From a virus, in IMG/VR virus record IMGVR_UViG_3300026097_000010, positions 88,483-152,482 of that record: a DNA stretch of 64,000 nucleotides; one strand, written 5' to 3'. Under the pieces are notes generated by a model. The model was not told the origin of the DNA and did not search any database. It saw only the letters and a list, made by a program, of their open reading frames with translations. How positions within the stretch are numbered: position 1 is the stretch's first letter; each line of letters opens with the position of its first letter. Shown here one piece after another: positions 1-7,333 of the stretch. Position numbers and translations under genes: made by a program.

Positions 1-1
1 A

Positions 2-475
2 GACTTAACTAATCTTCTATCTAGCTTAGGCAACATCGAATATAACTCAGTTATCGATGTTGATCCTTTAAAAATACATATACGTCCTTATACATACCGA
101 GAAATGACAAAAACTGCTTTAAAGACTTTTGAACAACAAAGAATCTTTCAAATTATCAACGACGACTCGATGTCCGACGAACAAAAAGTCGATATGTTTG
201 GTCAAAGTTTTGTAAAAATTACAGAACTTTCGGTAGATATCATTGCAGGTTGTATCTATGCAATCGAAACACCTCAAGGCACTGTGCAAGATCAAGCACA
301 AATTAAAGATTTTATCAATAATACAACTAAAGAAATATTTGACACAATTAGCAATCATATTCAAGCAATGAAAAGTCGTAACGAAATCGAGCCTGTCGAC
401 GTTACCTGTACAGGTTGTGGACATGAATACAAACAACCGTTTACGATGGATCAAGCAAATTTTTTCGATCGATGA
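2..475 (+). CDS. Baseplate hub/tail assembly protein, T4 gp26-like (5'-truncated by window edge)
   Basis: Frame is open from base 2 (DLTNLLSS...IHIRPYTYRE) into the listed ORF 104..475. It has a C-terminal CxxC (CTGCGH) and a terminal NFF, as in gp26-like proteins of T4-like phages, and is followed by a small gp51-like ORF. Confidence 0.6.
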   Translation, partial: DLTNLLSSLGNIEYNSVIDVDPLKIHIRPYTYREMTKTALKTFEQQRIFQIINDDSMSDEQKVDMFGQSFVKITELSVDIIAGCIYAIETPQGTVQDQAQIKDFINNTTKEIFDTISNHIQAMKSRNEIEPVDVTCTGCGHEYKQPFTMDQANFFDR

Positions 476-693
476 TCCTTACGCAAACCGAGTCTGAAAT
501 TAGAGATTTTTCAGAGCGTTTGGATCAAGATGCCAAGGCAATTAAAAAAGAAGCATTAAAAATGTCTTGGTATATGAGAGGAATGGGCTACTCGGAAGCT
601 ATGAATTTATCCTACGACGAACGAGAAATAGTATCAGACATTATCAAAGAAAACCTAGAAACAACTAAGAAGTCAGGACTACCGTTCTTTTAA
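472..693 (+). CDS. Small baseplate hub assembly protein, gp51-like; possible C-terminal part of a -1 frameshift product
   Basis: 73 aa, motif SWYMRG-x-YSEAMNLSYDERE; ATGA overlap with the upstream gene; lies in the -1 frame of that gene. Confidence 0.55.
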   Translation: MILTQTESEIRDFSERLDQDAKAIKKEALKMSWYMRGMGYSEAMNLSYDEREIVSDIIKENLETTKKSGLPFF

Positions 694-1520
694 GCGGTAG
701 TCGCTGTTGCTGTCTTCGGTTTTGGAGTAATCTTAGGTTGTTTTTTACCAACCTGTGAAGTCATATTGGTAAATTTTTGGTTGTAGCCCATTTGCTGTCC
801 TGCTTTTTGACCCGTTGTTGCTGTACTTGCTGTACTTGATGTAGCATCTTTTGCTGTATTTCCACCTTGAGCAGTTGTGTTCTGTGTTTGATCACCGCCT
901 TGAACATTAATATTAATGTTGTTAGGCTGTGTTGGAGACTGTTGTTGCTGTTGTTGATCTTGTCCAGAACCTTTTTTAGCGTCTAACCCTGCAATTTCTT
1001 TTTCTAGCATTTTTCTAATTTGTGCTCTTTGCTGTCCAGTTAATCCTGATAGCATATCCTGAGCTTGTTTGTAATTTGTAGCTCTGTTTGGATCCGGTTC
1101 TGGAGTTGGAGTTGGTCCAGGAGTTGGCGTTGGCGTTGGAGTCGGTCCGGGTGTTGGCGTTGGAGTCGGTCCGGGTGTTGGTGTTGGCTGTGGAGTAACT
1201 CCTTGAGTACCACCAGCTCCGCCACTTGTTCCATCAGCACCATCAGCACCATCAGCACCGTCTTTTCCAGAATCGCCATCACTTCCGCCGTCTAAGCTTG
1301 TAGTCTTGTAACCTGCTTTAACACCTTTAGTAAATGCTTTACCTAACCCTGCTAGACCTCCAATTGCGGCACCAGCACCTTTAGCAACTGTACCTGCGGC
1401 TGTGCCAGCACCTTTAACTATCTTACCACCAATTTCTTTGGCTTTATCTAGCTTAGGACCTTCTGCCAGATATTCTAGTTCGTTAATTTCAGATTCTGTT
1501 AAAAAGTCATTGAATTTCAT
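690..1520 (-). CDS. Low-complexity Gly/Thr/Pro/Gln-rich protein, putative virion (internal head) protein
   Basis: 276 aa; N-terminus MKFNDFLTESEINELEYLAE; (PT)n/PGPT and GAD repeats, poly-Q; ATGA-coupled to the upstream late gene. Confidence 0.55.
   Translation of the reverse strand: MKFNDFLTESEINELEYLAEGPKLDKAKEIGGKIVKGAGTAAGTVAKGAGAAIGGLAGLGKAFTKGVKAGYKTTSLDGGSDGDSGKDGADGADGADGTSGGAGGTQGVTPQPTPTPGPTPTPTPGPTPTPTPTPGPTPTPEPDPNRATNYKQAQDMLSGLTGQQRAQIRKMLEKEIAGLDAKKGSGQDQQQQQQSPTQPNNININVQGGDQTQNTTAQGGNTAKDATSSTASTATTGQKAGQQMGYNQKFTNMTSQVGKKQPKITPKPKTATATTA
1100..1260 (-). repeat. Coding tandem repeats (Pro-Thr/PGPT linker and GAD x3)
   Basis: Near-tandem 24-nt unit GGAGTCGGTCCGGGTGTTGGCGTT around 1138-1185, with flanking GTTGGN hexamers; CCATCAGCA x3 at 1231-1257. 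Confidence 0.85.
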
Positions 1521-3313
1521 GCTGTTGGTCCTGTTGTTTGATATCCACCTTGTTTAATTCCTGCTGGTTGGGTAGCTGGTTTCTTAGCAGGAGCTTTTGT
1601 CGTTGTAGAAGATGGTTGCGATCTACCTAGATATTTTAAAAGTCTACGCTTGTCTTTTGCTGTTAATTTGGCAATATGAGCTTTAACGTCGTTATACGAA
1701 AATCCTTGAGCGGCTTTCTTTCCACCAGCTCCGCCTGTTTGGCCAGTAGGAGATGTTTTTCCTCCAGTAGCACCACCTGTTTGGCTAGCACCACCGTCTT
1801 TTGCTTTTGTAGCATTATCTTGTTTTGCGTTAGGATCAGTTTGCTTAGGTGCCGCAGGAACTTTCAATTTCATTTGCTTGTATACTGGAGTAATTACTTC
1901 GTCGTTAACTCCTTGCTGACGTAAAAAGTTTGCCAATTCATTTGAATCTGTAGGCGATCCTGCTTTTTTCCACGCTTTGTTTAGTTTATCTGCGGTAATT
2001 TTTGTGGTTAGATTCTTGCCCATTCGTGAAAAGAAGCCAGGCTTCTTTTCTTTTTGTTCAGGCTCACCTTCGGGTGCTGGCTTAGCATCTTGCTCTGCTT
2101 CTGCTTCAGAAAGTATTTGGATTCTTTCCAGTGTGTTAAAGACCAAATAAACCTGTCCTTCACTGAGTTTAGACTTGTAAAACTCTGTGCTTTCTTTTTT
2201 AGATTCACCGTCTTGCACAGGTTCACCTTCAACTTTAACATCTTTGCTGTCAAATTTACCTTGTATTGAACCTTGTGCTAGTGCCGCGACAGCATCGTTA
2301 ACTTTAGTCATTCCTTGTAAAAACGCATCGTTCTGTTGAGCAACTTCTTTTGCTACAGCATTAATAGCATTTACATTGTCTAAGTATTCGTTAACATCGA
2401 ACGAATCAGCAAACATTGATATTTCTCTAAATGCATCTACATCACCTGCGGCTGCTTTTTCTACAAGAGCCTGTAGTTCAGGCACCATGTCTTCAGGAAC
2501 GAATATACCAAGGATTGTGTCTTTAAATGAATAACCCGGCATTTCAAGTGTGTGGGTAAGATTTACATCTACCTTGGCTATTCCAGGTGCTTTATCGTAC
2601 GGAATAACATCGGCTCTGATACCTTCTAGCCAATCGCCAATTCCTTCCAGTGCCCAACCTGCCATAGCACCATATGCAGCAGTCTTTACTGACTTACCAA
2701 CGGCTGTGGATAGTTTTTCACCTTTGAGCAATTCATTGGCCGATCTTAAAAAGAAACCAGCGGCAGCACCACCTGCTGGTCCAGCGGCAAACGCCGCGGC
2801 AGCGGTTAAAATACCAACTGCTAGACTTGCTTTTCCTGGATTGGCTTTTGCCCAATCAGAAACTGACTTGATTCTTTTTGCTACTTCGGGATTATCTGTG
2901 GAAATCTTTTTCTTTAGTTCTTCGAACTTGGCATCTATATTTTTAATAGGACCAGCATTTTGAACCATTCTGCCTAGCTCATTGATTTTATCGTCAATGG
3001 CTGATACAACTTTACCTGGTAATTTAGCGGCATCTACGCCTTTTCCTACCATGGTTCTGTTACTGCCACTTGCTGTAGCACCTTGCTCTACATTGCCAAA
3101 TATCTGTTGGATTTGATCAGCTGATAATGTTGCTTCCATTAATCGCAATTCAGCAATAAGAGGTTCAAACCCATTATAAAATTCATAAACAACTTTGCGT
3201 TGCTTGGTTGTAAGTCCACTCATTGATTCGATAAGAATCTTACGAGATTCATACATCTGTGCTTCAACAAGAGACTGTCGTGATTCTACAATTGTAACTT
3301 CATTTAGTTTCAT
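1517..3313 (-). CDS. Hypothetical 598-aa protein, putative virion/internal head protein with hydrophobic Ala/Gly segment
   Basis: Long ORF with a late-promoter-like GATAAATA just upstream. It has repeated [LIM]-x-E-[AS/G] motifs, the hydrophobic stretch LAVGILTAAAAFAAGPAGGAAAGFF and a low-complexity C-terminus. Confidence 0.6.
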   Translation of the reverse strand: MKLNEVTIVESRQSLVEAQMYESRKILIESMSGLTTKQRKVVYEFYNGFEPLIAELRLMEATLSADQIQQIFGNVEQGATASGSNRTMVGKGVDAAKLPGKVVSAIDDKINELGRMVQNAGPIKNIDAKFEELKKKISTDNPEVAKRIKSVSDWAKANPGKASLAVGILTAAAAFAAGPAGGAAAGFFLRSANELLKGEKLSTAVGKSVKTAAYGAMAGWALEGIGDWLEGIRADVIPYDKAPGIAKVDVNLTHTLEMPGYSFKDTILGIFVPEDMVPELQALVEKAAAGDVDAFREISMFADSFDVNEYLDNVNAINAVAKEVAQQNDAFLQGMTKVNDAVAALAQGSIQGKFDSKDVKVEGEPVQDGESKKESTEFYKSKLSEGQVYLVFNTLERIQILSEAEAEQDAKPAPEGEPEQKEKKPGFFSRMGKNLTTKITADKLNKAWKKAGSPTDSNELANFLRQQGVNDEVITPVYKQMKLKVPAAPKQTDPNAKQDNATKAKDGGASQTGGATGGKTSPTGQTGGAGGKKAAQGFSYNDVKAHIAKLTAKDKRRLLKYLGRSQPSSTTTKAPAKKPATQPAGIKQGGYQTTGPTA

Positions 3314-3340
3314 TTTTTATAATTCCGAAATATTATAATT

Positions 3341-3348
3341 TATTTATC
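3341..3348 (-). promoter_or_regulatory. T4 gp55-type late promoter (GATAAATA)
   Basis: Reverse complement of TATTTATC, ~27 nt upstream of the ATG at 3313; same TAAATA core as other structural-gene promoters here. Confidence 0.6.
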
Positions 3349-3361
3349 GCATATTAACTAG

Positions 3362-3846
3362 AGAACGATCTAAAGATCGTTTGCGTTATCGCTTACGCTC
3401 AACGCATTTTTTTTAATTATTAACTGCGAAGCAGTTTTAGTATTATCTAGATTGTTCGGTCATAAAGAGCCCGTTGCGGGGCTCAATATTTTCTGCACAT
3501 TATCTGAGTTGCACAGTCATAACAGCATTAGGATTATATGTATTGCTACACTCGCAGGCGGTTGGCCGATACCTGCTCATCCCGTTCGAGTTTCTAGTTG
3601 TCCAACGGCAGCCATGTATATAAAATGCTGTCTTTTATACATGACCTGGGTTTGTTCCCATCCTTAGCCTATAAAATTTTGTTCTAAACGCATCAAACTG
3701 GTTAATTAGGCATATCCAGTCATCATCATCTGGTAGTGATACGAGTCTCCGCCGTCAAACGAATATTCAATTCCCTGCGCAACTCTGGTGCCAGGTGTAA
3801 GTCCACTATAACTGCGCCAGTGGAGGCTTAATTGACGGTGTTTTGC
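3362..3846 (-). ncRNA. Candidate large structured non-coding RNA (~490 nt), family not identified
   Basis: This is the only large intergenic gap in the window and is visibly more GC-rich than nearby intergenic DNA. It has at least 10 stems: 3752-3758/3832-3838, 3802-3807/3819-3824, 3697-3701/3716-3720, 3647-3660, 3610-3646, 3554-3576, 3538-3551, 3467-3484, 3422-3436, 3382-3406 and 3364-3381. GNRA loops (GCAA, GUAA) and several G-U pairs occur on the minus strand. Confidence 0.65.
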
Positions 3847-4272
3847 CTATAATTTTTTAAGATGTTCTTTAAGAATGTTTGAACTGCCTACACGCACATT
3901 GATAATACCGTTATAGTATTCATCCGTTTCTAGTACACGCCTGTCGAATTGCTCTTTAGCCTCTAGATAACTTAATACGCCTCTGCTAGGACAAAAATGA
4001 AGGATTTCTCTTGTGAATTTGTCTGGGCCTAATGCCTTTACATCAGCATTTAGATGATCTGAAGATCCCCAATAGTCTCTCCAGTCACTTTCTACTGTGC
4101 TACGCCTTTTATTTTTTCTGCCTTTGAGTGGTGGTCTAGTTTTTTTGAATCGTGCTAGTTTTTTGCCTATGTATTTTTTATTGTTAGTAATATTTGTGAT
4201 CAGATAGACAAAGCCTTCGCAATCTTTAGGAAGTTCTTGTACTATTTGACCGTTGTAAGTCCACTCTGACAT
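3847..4272 (-). CDS. Stand-alone GIY-YIG family endonuclease (Seg-like catalytic domain only)
   Basis: GFVYLITN...KKYIGKK motif, YWGSS, conserved late Glu (LEAKEQF) and YYN; 141 aa with no appended DNA-binding domain. Confidence 0.8.
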   Translation of the reverse strand: MSEWTYNGQIVQELPKDCEGFVYLITNITNNKKYIGKKLARFKKTRPPLKGRKNKRRSTVESDWRDYWGSSDHLNADVKALGPDKFTREILHFCPSRGVLSYLEAKEQFDRRVLETDEYYNGIINVRVGSSNILKEHLKKL

Positions 4273-4277
4273 CAGAC

Positions 4278-4505
4278 TTACTTAGTTTTCTTCGGTCTCC
4301 CTACCATGCCTTTTCTGGCGGCCTTTCGCGCTTCACGCTTTGCTTGTATTTCTTTGCGCCTCTCGGAAGCATGGTTTCTAATTTCACTCAGCCAAAAACG
4401 TGCTTTAATACCTGCTTCGTCAGAGCCTTTGTATTCAAAGTTTGTTTGCCATTTGAAGTATTCTTGGAATGCTTCAATCATTTTATCGTGACTGTCAGTG
4501 GCCAT
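4278..4505 (-). CDS. Small basic protein, histone H1-like (Hc1-type) candidate
   Basis: 75 aa; KG-x-x-EAGIKAR-x-x-L-x-EI...RKE helix resembles the Hc1 N-terminal domain; basic tail ends GRPKKTK. Confidence 0.5.
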   Translation of the reverse strand: MATDSHDKMIEAFQEYFKWQTNFEYKGSDEAGIKARFWLSEIRNHASERRKEIQAKREARKAARKGMVGRPKKTK

Positions 4506-6280
4506 TACACTATATCTACATCCGTTGAGTAGGAAGTGAATCCGTTTTCCTTGATCACTTTCAGAACTTGGCTGACTCTATTAGTTAAGTCATCTCTGTG
4601 AGATATTAAAAACACATTTTTGTCACGCTCACGGGTCATCTTTTTCAGCACACTTATGCTGTTTTCAACACCGTTCGCATCTAATCCGTTGTCAATCAGT
4701 TCGTCAATGAACAACAGGTTGATCGAGTGATACAGATTTTCCCACACATCTCTAAACGCAAAACTTAAAGACAGGATTAATCTGTTGCGTTCACCTCTTG
4801 ATAGATTGTCAAAATCTAAATCCTGACCTAACTGTGTGATAATCACGCTGAGGTCATTTTGAAACTCCACTAGATGTGGCAGACCTGTCTTGTTCAAATA
4901 GTATGTAAGACGTTGATTTAAAAATGCAAGATTCTGATCGATAATGCGTTTGCGAATATAACTGTCCTTGTTGGTAAGCAGTTTGTATAAAAACTCTTGA
5001 TGCTCTTTGATCCGAGTAAGTTCATTGACAGTGTCCCAGTTAATTTCTTGCATTGCACTGTCTTTCAGTTCTGCAATTTGATCGTCGTAAGGATTGGTTT
5101 CTGTGTTTTTGTTCTCTAATTCTTTTTCTAATCCGTCAATCGTTGCTCTATGATTAAGAGCTTCTTCTAACGTACTGTATTCTACACTGGGACAATCACC
5201 GAGTTCTCCAATCAAAGACAGTGCTTCATTATAATCTCCAAGCTCACTAGACTGTGTATCCACACGCTTTTGATAGTCAGCAACCTGCTCTGCTTTTTTC
5301 TCAACCATCGATTCGTGCTGATCGTCGTGAACTTCTTGACCGCAAGCGTGGCACTTGTGATCTGCCAGTTTTTCCAATTCGATTTGCAATTTGTCTAAAT
5401 GACGTTGATCATTTTCTACCTGTGTAACCAATCTTGCGACTGTTTTTTCAAGCTGATCTTTTTCTCTCTTGTGTTCACGCCATTGCTGTAGTGCTTTTTG
5501 TTTTTCAATTTCTACATCAATATCAATATGATCCAAGACAGAAATACTCTGTGCAATGTCTTTGAGAGACTGTGCTTTGTTATCATCCCACATACGCTTC
5601 TTGCGTTCAAGGCTTTCGATGCTTTGTTGTATACGTTCGTTTGATGCTTTAATTGCTTCAATTTTGGTAGTTTCTGTCTGTATTTCGTCTTTGGTAAATT
5701 TAATCTGTTCTTTGAGATTTTCTGCTTTTTCTGAAAGCATAGTAATACCCAGTAACTGTTCAATGATAGCTCGTTGGTCATTACTTCGCATACTCAAAAA
5801 CGGTTCAGTATATGTGTTCAATGCCACAAGATGCTTGAACATATCGTGACTCATTCCGAACAGTTCTTCGATAGACTTTTGTGTTTCTCGGCTATCGCCT
5901 TGACTTTCGTCAGCATCTTCGGGTGTGTGTTCGTGACCGTTTACACTTAATTTTAGAAAATTGGGTTTGCGTCCACGTTCAATATGATATTCAACGCCGT
6001 CCTTTTCAAAGGAACATGTAACCAGCATATTCTTGCCATTGATTTTGTTAATAAGATTGTCTTTTTTAATATTAGTCAATGCAGAACCGTAAATGGCATA
6101 AGAAAGCCCGTTCACAATGGTAGTTTTACCTGTTCCGTTTCTAGCACCACCATCATCGCCTCCTAGATCTAAGTTCTCACCTAACACCAAAGTAAGATGA
6201 CCTTTATCAAAATCAATAGCCTGCGTTTGATTGCCCACACTCATAAAATTTTGTACTGTTAGTGTCTTGATTTTAATCAT
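4505..6280 (-). CDS. gp46: Recombination endonuclease ATPase subunit (T4 gp46 / SbcC / Rad50-like)
   Basis: Walker A NGTGKTT, coiled coil with zinc hook CHAC, signature LSRGE, Walker B LFIDE, H-loop ISHR. Confidence 0.95.
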   Translation of the reverse strand: MIKIKTLTVQNFMSVGNQTQAIDFDKGHLTLVLGENLDLGGDDGGARNGTGKTTIVNGLSYAIYGSALTNIKKDNLINKINGKNMLVTCSFEKDGVEYHIERGRKPNFLKLSVNGHEHTPEDADESQGDSRETQKSIEELFGMSHDMFKHLVALNTYTEPFLSMRSNDQRAIIEQLLGITMLSEKAENLKEQIKFTKDEIQTETTKIEAIKASNERIQQSIESLERKKRMWDDNKAQSLKDIAQSISVLDHIDIDVEIEKQKALQQWREHKREKDQLEKTVARLVTQVENDQRHLDKLQIELEKLADHKCHACGQEVHDDQHESMVEKKAEQVADYQKRVDTQSSELGDYNEALSLIGELGDCPSVEYSTLEEALNHRATIDGLEKELENKNTETNPYDDQIAELKDSAMQEINWDTVNELTRIKEHQEFLYKLLTNKDSYIRKRIIDQNLAFLNQRLTYYLNKTGLPHLVEFQNDLSVIITQLGQDLDFDNLSRGERNRLILSLSFAFRDVWENLYHSINLLFIDELIDNGLDANGVENSISVLKKMTRERDKNVFLISHRDDLTNRVSQVLKVIKENGFTSYSTDVDIV

Positions 6281-7287
6281 AAGTTTTGATAGATATCCAG
6301 TAATATTTTTTGATCGTAATTTTCACTTTCGATTTGATTGAGCTGATTCATCACAATAGTATCAACACTTTCAAAGTTTAAATCAATAGGCTCTGATTGT
6401 GAATCCAGTTCTACTTTTTCTGGAATCATCATTAGTTCGCGAAGCCCGTATCTAGGAATAAGTTCTTCTTTAATAAAGTTTGCTTCTTCAAACGAAATTT
6501 CAACATCGATCGTTGCTCGAACATGCATTTTTTCTCGGAGAACAGAATCTGTGTCTTCTAGTAATTCACTGAGTTTCATGGTTCTGTAAACAGGCTGTTC
6601 AGGCCACGCTTCGTACTCAGGTACGCCTCCCCATTCTAAGGTCATCATTCCTCGATCATCGTCCCACGCATCTGCATAATTGTGCGGAAATGCATTGCCC
6701 ATATACACAATATTGCCTTTTTGCTGACGTTTGTGAAAATGACCTGAAAACACATATTCTGCATTTTGAAAGTGACTAGAACGGAGAGTTCCGTGATCTG
6801 GCATTTGTACCATTGCATTCATATAGAAACTAGGCAGTTCAAAATGTCCAAACATATATCTTGAAGTGTCTTTTTCAATCAGCTTCCATTCGTCACCCAC
6901 TAACCAGGGAAATATAGTTACTTCGCCTTCTGTGAATGGTTCTCTGATAGGAACAACATTAGGAAACAGTCGCATAAACTCCACTGAGTTAATCTCACGC
7001 TTGTCTTTGTAAAACAGATCGTGATTTCCTAGAATAAAATATACTTTTTCAAAGTTTTTGCTCAGTGTTTCTAGATTGCTCAGAGTATAGTTCATTGTGG
7101 ATACATCTGTAGAACTACGATTGTGATGCCAGTCGCCTAAAAAGATACAGGTTTCTGCACCTTTTTCTTGTGCTCTTTTACAGAACCAATCCACAAACTG
7201 TTCACAGTCGATATTGTGAACTCTGCTACCGCTTTTCATACCAAAATGAATATCGGTAAAGCAGGCCGCTTTTTTAAATAAAGACAT
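6277..7287 (-). CDS. gp47: Recombination endonuclease nuclease subunit (T4 gp47 / SbcD / Mre11-like)
   Basis: Metallophosphoesterase motifs DIHFG, GDWHH, GNHD, GHFE, SGHFH; adjacent to gp46. Confidence 0.95.
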   Translation of the reverse strand: MSLFKKAACFTDIHFGMKSGSRVHNIDCEQFVDWFCKRAQEKGAETCIFLGDWHHNRSSTDVSTMNYTLSNLETLSKNFEKVYFILGNHDLFYKDKREINSVEFMRLFPNVVPIREPFTEGEVTIFPWLVGDEWKLIEKDTSRYMFGHFELPSFYMNAMVQMPDHGTLRSSHFQNAEYVFSGHFHKRQQKGNIVYMGNAFPHNYADAWDDDRGMMTLEWGGVPEYEAWPEQPVYRTMKLSELLEDTDSVLREKMHVRATIDVEISFEEANFIKEELIPRYGLRELMMIPEKVELDSQSEPIDLNFESVDTIVMNQLNQIESENYDQKILLDIYQNL

Positions 7288-7304
7288 TATCTACCTCCAT
7301 TAAG

Positions 7305-7333
7305 AGTATAGTTTAAATTTAAATAAAAGTCAA
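7305..7333 (-). promoter_or_regulatory. sigma70-type promoter for gp47-gp46 operon
   Basis: TTGACT-N17-TATACT on the minus strand, followed by SD GGAGG before the ATG at 7287. Confidence 0.75.

Noticed and set aside
1040-1295. Repetitive ORFs 1040..1282 and 1065..1295 (QRQHPDRL / WSRS repeats)
   Set aside because: Alternative-frame readings of the Pro-Thr repeat.
3452-3667. 71-aa plus-strand ORF inside the large intergenic gap
   Set aside because: Non-ATG start, no SD, atypical composition, and it lies antisense to a hairpin-dense region; more likely incidental.
3362-3846. tRNA, tmRNA, RNase P RNA or CRISPR array
   Set aside because: No cloverleaf/T-loop-CCA ends and no RNase P GAGGAAAGUCC motif. 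Only two imperfect repeats are present, with no cas genes.
3362-4272. Group I intron with GIY-YIG homing endonuclease
   Set aside because: No interrupted host gene (flanking genes look complete) and I could not find convincing P7/R-S core sequences. A covariance-model search would be needed to exclude it fully.
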